From positions 1 through 64,000 of IMG/VR virus record IMGVR_UViG_3300037851_000141: a stretch of DNA of 64,000 nucleotides. One strand, 5' to 3'. This stretch comes from a virus. Lineage: Duplodnaviria; Caudoviricetes. This document shows, one piece after another, positions 8,622 through 19,700 of this stretch; the stretch's first letter is position 1, and every line of letters begins with the position of its first letter. The translations under genes were made by a program, and so were the position numbers. The notes under the pieces were generated by a model that did not search any database, was not told the DNA's origin, and worked only from the letters and a program-made list of their open reading frames with translations.

Positions 8622-11600
8622 TTATTTCTCGAAATTATATCCTTCAAGTGGTTCAGTATTGTTTATATCAGTTTCAGTCACTTTTACGATAGCATTTACA
8701 GAATAATCGACATAACCTCTAAAATCAGAAGTTTCTACGTTTAAGGTAAATCCACTTAGAGATTTATCAGACCACCATGCTTTTATATTCTGACTTGGTG
8801 TGAGAGCAATAGAATAACCAGTTCCTACCTCTGCTGGTAATGGTTTATCAAATACAATAGTTTGAGATACAACATTACCTTCAAAGAGAGCAGAACCTTG
8901 ACGTTCAATTAAGATATCAGATTCGGCATTAAATATTACAACATTGAGAGAAGATTTTGTATCAATGCTATCTGATGCTATTTGGCCTGGAGACTTATAG
9001 AAATTGAATAGTCTTCGACCAAGATAATGTTTAGCATAACTATCTTCTTCAGGTATGGTTGTCAAATCCCAAATAAATGTTCTCTTGGTTGTATCTGTGG
9101 AGTGATACCCCATATAACGACCAGTTGCACTTACATCATTGGTTACTTTATGCCCACCAACAACAACAGAAGCGTTTGTATCTCCGAATGCCATTTGACC
9201 AATATACCAAGTATTCATTTCAGCCCATTCATTAGGATTGCGGAGTTTTTCTGTTGTTCGATCATATATGGTATCATAATCTGGAACTTCGCCACCTAGA
9301 CCAACTCCATCCATATAACGTTTCCATGAAATATCATAAGGTAATGTATTTTTATCTGGTTCCAATCCTATTCCGTTTGAGGGTACCCACTTAGATGATG
9401 GATTATATCTTTGATCTGATTGATATTCTTGAATAAATGATGACGCCCATTCTGTATATTCATTATCGCTTTGTTGACCACTAAATGCTACTGTCATAGA
9501 ACTTGACGCTGCTACAGTCTCACATAAAGTATTTACTGCTGAAAGTGATATATTATTCATAGCAATAAATGTATGATCTTGTTTAATGCTTGTTCCGGTG
9601 ATAAGTAGACGCTCACTAAGAATAGAATTCAGTGTTGTTGCCGAAATAGATAATGTTGTTGTTTCGTGGTTTATATTGCCAGTTTGTAAATCAGTTGATG
9701 TTGTTTCTTGTCGGCGGTCGAAGCTATAGTTAAGGTTAAATGCTCCAGTATTTTCAATCAATAATTTTGACCAAATTGGAATTCCCCATTTTTGTTCTGT
9801 TATTGGGGAGAAGTTTGCTGTAAGTTGAATGATATTTGATATATTTGGGCCACAATCAGTTAATTGAGCGTTCCAATCTTGAAGTTGAGTTTTAACGCCA
9901 ACCATTACTCCATCATCTTGAGTCATATTGAAAGTTAAGATACTGATAGTTCCACTCATGATAAATGGAAGTTCTGAAGATGTTAATAATGTGTTCTTCA
10001 GTAATCTAAATGTATGTGATGTTGCTGATAATGGGGTTTGTGTTCTTATAGAATCATAAATTTCGGCCATTGAATTGAAAGTAAGAATACCGACACCACC
10101 AAAATAGAATAATGTTGGAGTTGGGTCAGAATTTGTGTTATATGTGAATGATTCTGATAATGAATAATTTATTTCTACAGTTCCGGTTGAATTTACTTTA
10201 ACATCAGTAAACTCAAATAATTGTGTATTTCCAGAAATTGATAGTATATTAGATGGATATACTGATGTTGTTTCAGAGTCAATTCTAAGATTACAGTTAT
10301 TGATGTAGAAAGTTCCATTAGTTGTATTTGTAGAATCACTTACAGTTGCTTTGACTCGGAATGTTCCCCCAATAAGTAGTGTTTTTGATATTCCGATTGA
10401 TGTAGTTCCAAGGCTATGATCAATCGAAACGTTGCTCTCATCTCCAGTTTGTGGGGCTATTGGTGCTGGATTTGTTGGCAATACTGATATAACTGTTATT
10501 GCTGGGAAGTTATCGTCAAATGAATATGCTAAAGTTTCTTGGTTATTGCGATATCTTGGATCATTGAACAATTGATTATCAGTGAATATGGTTTGCCAAG
10601 TTGGAGTTTCCCAGCAAGAACTTACGCCGGATAATATAGCAGGATAATCTTTACCAGCATATGAGACTGTGTTGCTATTATAATCTTTAGTATCATCTCC
10701 ACATATAAAATCAGATACAGATGTGGCAGTATTTATGTCGGGATTTGTATTCAATATTTCAACGTTTATAGAACCAACAGAGTTATGTATACCACCCCAG
10801 AACAGCGCATGAGATTGATCACCAACACCACAATGCCAATAAACCGCTTCTAACATATTTTGACGACGAATCCAAGTACCATCTTTTAGCTCATATACGA
10901 GGTCAAGAATTCTATCTTTTTCAAGTTCGGTTCTAACAATATCGTCTTGAACTATATGAGAATAGCCTTCACGATATTTCTCATAAAGTCTTGTTATTAC
11001 ACCATCTATGTTATTGAATTCGCAACGTCCACCAGTTGAAATACCAGCCAAATCATTTCCAACATACACCATACCATGACATCTAACTGGATATTCAAGA
11101 GCAGAATCTATAGACACATAGCTAACTGTTATTTCGTTGTTGCTAACTGTCGTTGTTGCTGTTTGTGATGATATAAGTTGAGTACAATCACAATTGCTCT
11201 CGCCCAAATATAATATCCTAACATTCTCAAATCCAATTGATGAATATGGATTTGCTATTCTCAGTGTACTATTAGGTTCAGATGAGCAGAAATCATACTG
11301 TTTACGAGATGGGCGACTTTCGAGATAGAATTCCAAATCTTCTAATGATGCGGCATTGTTATCAAATATATTATCTTGAACTTGTTCATTTATAAAGAAT
11401 ATAACTTGACTACTATAACTTCCAGATAATGATTCGGTCTGTGATGCTATTGTACCACCAGAGCAATCTTCAGTTTGACCAAGATAGTCAAGTCTAAAGT
11501 TAGCAATACTCTGAATTCCATTGGCACCAACAAGTTTTATCTTAGAATTATCATATGGAACGCAGAATTTATAATCAGAAATTTCTTCTACAGTAAATGA

Positions 11601-14507
11601 TCCCGCTGTAATATCGTTTACTAATACATTTAATACTGGAGTTGCCGATACAGCAGAGGTTCCCATATAACAAACTTCAACAACTACTGAACCATAGGAA
11701 GAATTATTATCAGACCAATTTCCAGTTGAATCGTGATATCTCAGTCGCATTACAGATTTAGCATACTCATTCGTGACTATTTGAGTATCTGATGTTGTAA
11801 AAGCTAATACATTAAAATTGTCATTTATTATTACATCAACTGCTTGTAAAGTATCAGCACATGGACAAGATTCTTTTCCACGATACGATAAACTTAATGT
11901 AACTGTTCCAGTATTATCACTATAATCATCGTCATGGATATCATAGAAAGCAACTCTTATTGATTTTGGTGAGCCTTGTGTGGCATCAACGCAGAAATCA
12001 TGATACCTCTTAATTGGATTATATGTATATCCTATATCCATATAATCTTCTAAATCTTCTTCAGTTGAAAACTCTGCGGCCCAAATAGTATCAGTTAAAA
12101 CACCATCTATATAAATCTTAAAACAAGCTGAATATATATCTGGAGTTGTGTTTGTCATAACTGAACCAGAAACATAAGTTATTCTATAAGTACCACAAGT
12201 TTCAACAACAACAGTTTGTCCAATATCATTAGTTCCAGGTATATTTAAGGTTGATACTATTGTTGGATCCGTGCCACCAGTTCCAGGATCTTCAACTTGT
12301 CCTTCCAAGAATCTTATTTGATAATTACCAACATATGGAAGTTCTATTTCTGTACCAGCATCTTCCCAACCAGGAATAGTTAAAGCTGTTGATAATATTT
12401 CTTGACAAGGGACGTTTGCCATTGTAGATAAATGTACCAGATTATATTTGCCAGCATTTTCTACATCAATTTCTTTGCCGGTTGAATCTCCAGTATTTAT
12501 GGTTATTACATCTTTTATTATTTGTCCACCGCTACTAAATCCACCATCAATATATTCTATTCTATATTTACCGCAGGATGGCAGTGATACAGATGATCCA
12601 GTTTCAGATGTACCGTCAATCGTTAATACATCTTTTATGACAGATTGAACAGAATCTTCAATAATAGTTGATGTCGTAGAACCAGAATTTGTACTTGAAA
12701 TTATGTTTGTGGTATTTATTTTTTCGTATGTTGATATTATTTCATCATATACAGTTGAACCATATGAAATATAAGATTCTTCGGCTCTCGTAATTAGGTG
12801 TGATCTTCCAGATGTATTTCCACCATAAACAAATCCAGTTATATTAGATACCGCATACCGAACTGTATTATCCGTATTTTGTGTAGCTTCTGATTTTTCA
12901 CGAACGAAGTCAAGAACAATTTGGTCATCATCTTCAGTTAATGCGAAATTTTGTATTAGTGATTCTACGCCAAACTTATCTTGACGAGCATAAGTTTGAG
13001 CAGCAAGATAACCAGCACCATCACCACGCGAAACGTTTAGTTGTAAGTTTGATATTGTCTTGAAATATGATAATGCTGGGTCATCACCACGAACAAATAT
13101 TTCAGCAGTATTGAGTACGCCAGATTTACTATATTCTGAGAATTCTTTATTATTTTCGGTATTGAATTGAGAATAACCACCAATAACAGCACAAGAACTT
13201 CCACCAACACCACCTTGAACGTGGAAGCATCTTGGTGTGTTTAGACTAATAAGAGTGTTTTTTAGAAATCCATCTGTTTGCCATATTTCAGTTGTTGATA
13301 GTATTTCTGTCTTTTTACTTTGAGTTGAATCAGTTTTGATGCCACCAGTTACTATACCATTGTCTCTGGTTCCCGATGATCTACCGAATGAACGTGGGAT
13401 ATTAAGGACTCCGATGTTATGTGCGTTAGTATCTGATTCGGCGCTTCTCCAGTTTATAGAATCAATGGTACCAAGAAAATCCGGCTTAGAAATATCATAA
13501 TTTGGGTTTAATGATAGTTGTCCACTTATCTTGTGTGAAATTTCTAATGGGCCGGCTGTAGTTTCAGTATAATTTATTTCATTTGATTTTTGTTCACATG
13601 TATCTGATGTATATGACCCAAGTTCACCAAATGTTCCAATATTTGATGTATTTATTAATCCGCCAACCCAATGAGCAATAGCAGTATCAGAATATGTTCC
13701 AGTATTTTGAGAATTTCTTATTTGTGATTCATCTAATATTGTTGTTGACGTTTCATCTTTTATACGAACACCTAATGTACTCTTGGTGTCATAATAGTGT
13801 CCAAAGAATGATGGGTCGTATGTTATATTAAGATTGAGAAGGACATCTGCTATCTTTAGTTTATCAAATGGTTTTGTGCTTATTACTAAATCTGGAGCAG
13901 TAAACCAACCACCATTAATAAAATCTGTTGATGTAATAAATCCAGTATATGCTGCCGGATTTGATAAATATTTCTTATATTCGTCATTAACCCATTTATC
14001 CGGCGACCAAAATTCTATAAACTCATTTCCTGATGTTGATACTGAAACATTCTCATATCTTGTATTTTCATTTATTGTATCTGTTGAAACTCGTTTAGTC
14101 CACCACACATCACCAAATTTTGATAACTTATGTATAACCATGAAACTATCAATATTTTTGACGAAATCATATAATGCTATTTCTTCAACTTCTATATCTT
14201 GGAATGATAGTTGTTGTTTGTATTCATCCCATAGAATATTTGATGTTGCGTATTCCCACAATTGCCGCAATAAAATTTTATCTATTTTATCTGTAGAACC
14301 ATCAATCAAAAAGGACTGAGACGACCACTCATCCTTGAATGTCATCTCAGTCCCTTGAGCAGACGTTTCGGCAGTTAGACTAAAGAACGCATTTCTATAA
14401 GTCGGTACGAATACTCGACAATCATTCTCTTTATGAATGCTAAACTTCAAGCCAGTATAGGCATTGTAAAAATCATTCCAATTAATAGGCTCGTCATTTA
14501 GCGCCAT
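8622..14507 (-). CDS. Giant virion protein with an interrupted Kelch-type propeller and lectin-like inserts
   Basis: Kelch-like blades (LNTPRCFH..AVIGG..LNTAEIF; YWHCGVGDQSHALFWGG; AFGDTNASVVVGG), internal repeats and the shared C-terminal beta module. Confidence 0.65.
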   Translation of the reverse strand: MALNDEPINWNDFYNAYTGLKFSIHKENDCRVFVPTYRNAFFSLTAETSAQGTEMTFKDEWSSQSFLIDGSTDKIDKILLRQLWEYATSNILWDEYKQQLSFQDIEVEEIALYDFVKNIDSFMVIHKLSKFGDVWWTKRVSTDTINENTRYENVSVSTSGNEFIEFWSPDKWVNDEYKKYLSNPAAYTGFITSTDFINGGWFTAPDLVISTKPFDKLKIADVLLNLNITYDPSFFGHYYDTKSTLGVRIKDETSTTILDESQIRNSQNTGTYSDTAIAHWVGGLINTSNIGTFGELGSYTSDTCEQKSNEINYTETTAGPLEISHKISGQLSLNPNYDISKPDFLGTIDSINWRSAESDTNAHNIGVLNIPRSFGRSSGTRDNGIVTGGIKTDSTQSKKTEILSTTEIWQTDGFLKNTLISLNTPRCFHVQGGVGGSSCAVIGGYSQFNTENNKEFSEYSKSGVLNTAEIFVRGDDPALSYFKTISNLQLNVSRGDGAGYLAAQTYARQDKFGVESLIQNFALTEDDDQIVLDFVREKSEATQNTDNTVRYAVSNITGFVYGGNTSGRSHLITRAEESYISYGSTVYDEIISTYEKINTTNIISSTNSGSTTSTIIEDSVQSVIKDVLTIDGTSETGSSVSLPSCGKYRIEYIDGGFSSGGQIIKDVITINTGDSTGKEIDVENAGKYNLVHLSTMANVPCQEILSTALTIPGWEDAGTEIELPYVGNYQIRFLEGQVEDPGTGGTDPTIVSTLNIPGTNDIGQTVVVETCGTYRITYVSGSVMTNTTPDIYSACFKIYIDGVLTDTIWAAEFSTEEDLEDYMDIGYTYNPIKRYHDFCVDATQGSPKSIRVAFYDIHDDDYSDNTGTVTLSLSYRGKESCPCADTLQAVDVIINDNFNVLAFTTSDTQIVTNEYAKSVMRLRYHDSTGNWSDNNSSYGSVVVEVCYMGTSAVSATPVLNVLVNDITAGSFTVEEISDYKFCVPYDNSKIKLVGANGIQSIANFRLDYLGQTEDCSGGTIASQTESLSGSYSSQVIFFINEQVQDNIFDNNAASLEDLEFYLESRPSRKQYDFCSSEPNSTLRIANPYSSIGFENVRILYLGESNCDCTQLISSQTATTTVSNNEITVSYVSIDSALEYPVRCHGMVYVGNDLAGISTGGRCEFNNIDGVITRLYEKYREGYSHIVQDDIVRTELEKDRILDLVYELKDGTWIRRQNMLEAVYWHCGVGDQSHALFWGGIHNSVGSINVEILNTNPDINTATSVSDFICGDDTKDYNSNTVSYAGKDYPAILSGVSSCWETPTWQTIFTDNQLFNDPRYRNNQETLAYSFDDNFPAITVISVLPTNPAPIAPQTGDESNVSIDHSLGTTSIGISKTLLIGGTFRVKATVSDSTNTTNGTFYINNCNLRIDSETTSVYPSNILSISGNTQLFEFTDVKVNSTGTVEINYSLSESFTYNTNSDPTPTLFYFGGVGILTFNSMAEIYDSIRTQTPLSATSHTFRLLKNTLLTSSELPFIMSGTISILTFNMTQDDGVMVGVKTQLQDWNAQLTDCGPNISNIIQLTANFSPITEQKWGIPIWSKLLIENTGAFNLNYSFDRRQETTSTDLQTGNINHETTTLSISATTLNSILSERLLITGTSIKQDHTFIAMNNISLSAVNTLCETVAASSSMTVAFSGQQSDNEYTEWASSFIQEYQSDQRYNPSSKWVPSNGIGLEPDKNTLPYDISWKRYMDGVGLGGEVPDYDTIYDRTTEKLRNPNEWAEMNTWYIGQMAFGDTNASVVVGGHKVTNDVSATGRYMGYHSTDTTKRTFIWDLTTIPEEDSYAKHYLGRRLFNFYKSPGQIASDSIDTKSSLNVVIFNAESDILIERQGSALFEGNVVSQTIVFDKPLPAEVGTGYSIALTPSQNIKAWWSDKSLSGFTLNVETSDFRGYVDYSVNAIVKVTETDINNTEPLEGYNFEK

Positions 14508-14516
14508 TGCTGTCCT

Positions 14517-15008
14517 TTATGCTTTAGGCTTGACCTCTGCTGGAACCTCATCGCTACGCAACAAGGCTTCAATTTTGGCATCAAGCTTGTCCACAGCATA
14601 TTTATTCACTACCTTGAGTACAGTTTCATTTTTTCCAGCAAGTTCAAGAGCTACACGAACTGCTTCAGCTTTCTTATTTTCGCTGGCTGGTTTAGCTGCT
14701 TGTTTCTTGGCCCATTCTTCAGCAGCAACAATACCCTTCTTAGCATATTCAGCGATAAGTTGTTGAGCAGTTTCACTTAATTCAAGTCCTGCTTTCTTGG
14801 CAACTTTCTTGGCAACAACGACAACACCAAGAACAATGGTTCCACCAAATAATGAAATGATCAGAACGAGAGCGTCATATCCAACACCAAGCCAAGCATT
14901 TTGAGCCTTAACTTCGGTTGTGGTTGGATCAATTGGAGCAGTTTCTTCCGCAATTGATGCTGATGAAATGCCCAAGGCGAGGGTTATAGCAAGTATGAGT
15001 TTCCACAT
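14517..15008 (-). CDS. LL-H-family-like holin/membrane protein
   Basis: Transmembrane segment followed by AKK.G and AKKGIVAAEEW..ENKKAEAV, typical of LL-H holins; N-terminal signal peptide. Confidence 0.55.
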   Translation of the reverse strand: MWKLILAITLALGISSASIAEETAPIDPTTTEVKAQNAWLGVGYDALVLIISLFGGTIVLGVVVVAKKVAKKAGLELSETAQQLIAEYAKKGIVAAEEWAKKQAAKPASENKKAEAVRVALELAGKNETVLKVVNKYAVDKLDAKIEALLRSDEVPAEVKPKA

Positions 15009-15047
15009 GGTTATCTCCTTATGATAGTGGTTCCAATATTATATCAC

Positions 15048-16760
15048 TTAGCAGTCATTATTACTTCCAACGAATAGATTGATGTACGTTCCGGCATTAG
15101 GCATATCATCTGGAGGTACAGCAATTCCAGTCTTACACCCAGCTAATAAGAAATTACCTTGTAATGTATCAGTTGCGTCAGAACCATCACGGGATAGAAC
15201 GAAGTAAACTATTGCGCCTCTTTGGTTTAGGAGGTCTTGATAGAAGTCTCCATAAACCTCAAAATAACCCATCTTACCATCTACAGCATCAGCCGGAATA
15301 GGTACAAGATAAGAGAATTTGCGATATTGAGTGTCTGATGGATTGCCAAAATCATTAGTATTTACAACAGCAACCCACACATCAAACTTAACAGTACCAC
15401 ATGAACCACTACATGCTGGAGTTTCGGAGAAATCATTACTATTGATGAAATAAGATATACCAAGTGAACATAAACCAGGATTTGGACCATCAACTCTCAT
15501 ATCAAAATAACAATAACGAGTGAAATCAGGGTCAAATTCAAGAACATGAGTTTGTGGAGTAATGCCGGGTGGACCTGATGGAATTTCAAGTTCATTTGGT
15601 CGAGGTCCGGTTTCTTGGTCCCAATCAAACTCTTCTATATTACGATTGAACTGTTGTAAACATAACCATTGTTCTTTAGTCATCAGATTTGACAACTTGG
15701 AATTACCACATACTTCTGATACATGGCGACCATTTACAGTAGATACATTCCATTTTGTTATACCATAAGTAAAATTATATAACTCATTGATATCAGCATT
15801 GAATAAATCATAATCAGTAAATGGTTGTGGTAATCCGCCTAAGAACATTTGAGATATAGCAATAGCACCATCTTCTCTGGTTCTACGGATACGAATCTTA
15901 ATTGAACTTGTATTTTTACCTACCTTAAAGATAACATATTTTGTTCTGTATTCTGGTAGCCATTCATTTTGTTCGGCATATTGTTTATGATGTGGCCATG
16001 GACCTATAGTTTCAATCTCTTGTATCGTTGCGGTAGCGCCTATAATCTCAATTCCAATATCTTCATAACGAGCATGACATCCGGTTGATAAATCATAAAC
16101 AAATCCTGATGTTCCAGATGTGCCAACTCCAGATGTACCTGACGTTCCAGACGTTCCAATTCCGGTCGTTCCAGTTGTTCCGAATGTTATAACAGGTGGA
16201 GTTCCAACAGCACTTATATTAGGAACGGTTGATGAATTACAATACGGAATATTATAATCAAAAGGAACAAGTTCAGATTGAGATGACAAATAAACGCCAG
16301 TTCCCTTGATTCCAAATATAAGTTCTGAACCACGAAGGAATTGAGGAATAAAAAACTCTCTTTGGATATATTTACCATGCTCAATACCACCAGCATCTAT
16401 AAATGATACGCCACCTTTATATACTAAGAGTTTGGCTGCTCCAGAATTTTGTATTTCAGTATCATTAGCAACGGCACCATCATTTACCGCAATCCACGAA
16501 TGTTTCTTCTCAAAGCAGTCAAGATTGCCACCATTGAAGAAAATCTTTTTACCTGTTGAATCATAATCTAATAGGTTGCCATAAATAAGAGATAAGAGAT
16601 TTGGGCTACTTGCTGTTGATAACGATAAAAGATTCATCAAGAAGTCAGAATTATGCTTTAACTCCATAAGAGGCAAGTTTATATTCTCATCCGTTACGTT
16701 TGTACTCGGATTAGTCAAGGATATATCATCTATGTACTCTTCGTTGAAAATGTCAGTCAT
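15048..16760 (-). CDS. Tail fibre/baseplate protein with a carbohydrate-binding-like jelly-roll
   Basis: Fibre-anchor-like N-terminus (ENINLPLMELKHN), beta-rich body and a GTSGT repeat loop. Confidence 0.55.
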   Translation of the reverse strand: MTDIFNEEYIDDISLTNPSTNVTDENINLPLMELKHNSDFLMNLLSLSTASSPNLLSLIYGNLLDYDSTGKKIFFNGGNLDCFEKKHSWIAVNDGAVANDTEIQNSGAAKLLVYKGGVSFIDAGGIEHGKYIQREFFIPQFLRGSELIFGIKGTGVYLSSQSELVPFDYNIPYCNSSTVPNISAVGTPPVITFGTTGTTGIGTSGTSGTSGVGTSGTSGFVYDLSTGCHARYEDIGIEIIGATATIQEIETIGPWPHHKQYAEQNEWLPEYRTKYVIFKVGKNTSSIKIRIRRTREDGAIAISQMFLGGLPQPFTDYDLFNADINELYNFTYGITKWNVSTVNGRHVSEVCGNSKLSNLMTKEQWLCLQQFNRNIEEFDWDQETGPRPNELEIPSGPPGITPQTHVLEFDPDFTRYCYFDMRVDGPNPGLCSLGISYFINSNDFSETPACSGSCGTVKFDVWVAVVNTNDFGNPSDTQYRKFSYLVPIPADAVDGKMGYFEVYGDFYQDLLNQRGAIVYFVLSRDGSDATDTLQGNFLLAGCKTGIAVPPDDMPNAGTYINLFVGSNNDC

Positions 16761-16770
16761 TCTTTATTCC

Positions 16771-19700
16771 TTAGATAATCTCTTTCCACCATTCAATTCC
16801 ATTCTTTATAGCAAGGTAATGGACGGTGCATGCGGTTGGTGAACTTGTCCTTACTCTAAACTGATTTATACTCTTTTCAGCCCAATAAATATTTATATTT
16901 TCATTAGCAGAAAGAATTAATGAATAGCCAGGATTTGTCGGATCTATACTCATGGAACCTGGATCGCCTTCAACACCATATTCTGGTTTTATTATCAATT
17001 CGTTATTATACCAAGACCCGAGATTGGCTGTGGTTGGTTGTGGAAACACGATATTTAGATCATCACCCGGCCATTGCGCATATGAAGTACCATTTTCATC
17101 GATAAATACACCATTTGATAACGTGCGTTTACCTACAAACATACTATTTGCGGTAAATACACCACCAAATACATCTCTGTGGAACGCCATCCAAGATACT
17201 TCACGTTGGAGATAATAACTTGACGAAATTGTAAACCTATCTGGACATAAAATATTCCAATATAGTTTCTGATTTACGGGATTAGAAATAAATACAAAGT
17301 AATCGCTATTTCTAAAAGGCTTGTCAAATTTGATTACTTCACTCTTAACTTTACCATTTATTTTAAGAACGCCAGACTTGAACACGCTACTATCTGTTTG
17401 TTGAGCTATAACCCAATCTATAATTTGACTAAACCCGTTGAATGAAGATAGCATATTGAACTTGCTATTATCACTTCGTTCATAGTATGTATTTACGTTT
17501 GAGCTTGGAGTCATGGCGATTAAGCCAGTTACTCGTCTGTTATTTGTTGTTCCCATATTACCCTCTCCTGATTCCAGAACAGAAATATTGAATGGTTTGA
17601 TTTCATTGATTTCAGTATAACTTGGTTTAAAGATTTGAGCCGCATCACGAATAAATTTCTCAAAATCTTCTTTATTTTCTGTATCTAAGAATAGTTCTGG
17701 TTCCTCCAAGTTTTCAACATCGAAGTTTAGATTGAATTTTTGAGACTTGAATATTTTAGCAATTCCGAACATATATTCTTTTTCAATTTGAGTCAATCTA
17801 ATTTCGTTATCTAAGGTTTTTTCATATACAACTGGTTCGCCAGCATTGAATATTTTACCATCATTGAAAGCTAAACGAGAATCATCTAATATTTTATCAC
17901 AATGCCATACGCCGATTGCTGCTGTTGGATATATTGATGATTTGATGAAGGTATAGTTATTGTATATGTTTTTAGTATCTTCAGTTGTATCAATTTTATT
18001 ATAGTACATAAACAATTTAATATTATTTTGTACCGAATCTTGTAATCTAACCCAAATAACTATGAAATCTTTATCGTAATCATAATAAGCGATCTTAAAT
18101 TTCAATGGAATCTTGCTATTATTTTCGCTGAAGATTCTTATTGAACGATCATTTATGGATATCTTACTAAAATCAAATGGATGCTCAACTTCAAGAAATG
18201 GGTTATATGAATTTGATTCCGCTTTATATCCGTTTCCGTAGATTATTATGGGAACAGTAATATCGCTACTCATTTCATAATTAGATGTTGTTGGAGTTTT
18301 CAATCCACGGAATTTTATGATACGATAGTTTCTAAACTCAGCTTGAACTGGATTGAGTTGTGGATTGACCGTAAATTCAGGACCGACATCAGCTATAGTT
18401 TTATTTAATAATGAATTATGTAGATTTAATATTCTGTAAAGATTACCAGTTTCAGTACGAACATTATATAAATCGCAGTAATTTGTTCTATAACTTATTG
18501 AATTATCTGGATTTACAATAACATAACTAAGGTCTGTAATGTTATCGGAGTAGGTAATAACATCAGCAAGAGGTATTTCATTGCCTTTATAATAGACTTT
18601 TATATTGATAACGTATTTACTCTTCTTAAAGGAACGAGAGAATATTTGATTTGCTGATATTTGTATTGTTATAGGTTGGAATACATCAGGTTCAATTACC
18701 CATGACACATCTCGTATATCCAGATTTTGGTAGAGTTTACAAGCGCCATCAGTTCCAGAGGATCCTGTTGTTTCGGTGGATGAACTTGGAACGAGATTAT
18801 TATGTTCAGTGATTATAACTTCTTCATTTTTATTTAAGTAAACGGAACGCCACATATTACAGTAGAAATTATATTGAAGAGAATAAACTGGAGGCTTGGT
18901 TGAGTCTGTTCTATGTGTAGCTAATATAGTCTTCCATTCATTCTTATAATTTCTATCGGCCCATTCAATAGGTATAGACAATGACCCATAATTATTGCTA
19001 TCAATTATATTTTGTTGAAATAACGGTTTCTCATAAATAGTACCATCAACATTATTATTTATTGTATATGTTGTTTGATATGATTGTTTCAATGTCGAAT
19101 ATATATTAGTGTCATTATTTACTGAAAGTGATGCCGTAAATGAGATATTAGTCAATCCATCTACATCAGTTGGCAATTCGTATGTTATTTCTCTTGTACC
19201 AATTGAGAAAGCGTGTCCGTGAACTGAATTCATATCAACATAACGAGTTCCATCAAGGAGATATTTTATTCTTCTATGTGCGTCAACGTTTGTAGAAATT
19301 TCATTGGAGTCTGTTATAAGAAGAGTTGAATCTGATTTTTTGGTATTATTTATTGATGTCTTATATGAAACAGATGGTAATGATGATGGATATAATCTTT
19401 GAGAGAATACCGTAGAATTGGTGCCTGGATAATGTTTATAACCACTATATTTTTCTGGATCTTGTATATCTTTCTCAAAAATGTAGATTAACTCATTCTT
19501 ATTTAATACGATATCTTCAATGTTATTCAATGCTTGATTTCTCATATCTTTGGTGAAAATAATAAACAAATCATCAAACATTTCAACATTTATTGCTTGT
19601 ACTTTTTCTCTTATTATTTTGTAATCTAATACTTCATATGATTCAATTCTACGATTATCATATCCAGCAACTATAGAATCGAATAATTTATCATCAGTCC

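Noticed and set aside
13834-14319. 161-aa plus-strand ORF, and the many other 60-160-aa ORFs nested inside large genes
   Set aside because: They lie antisense or out of frame to well-supported genes, with no motifs or evident RBS; expected by chance.
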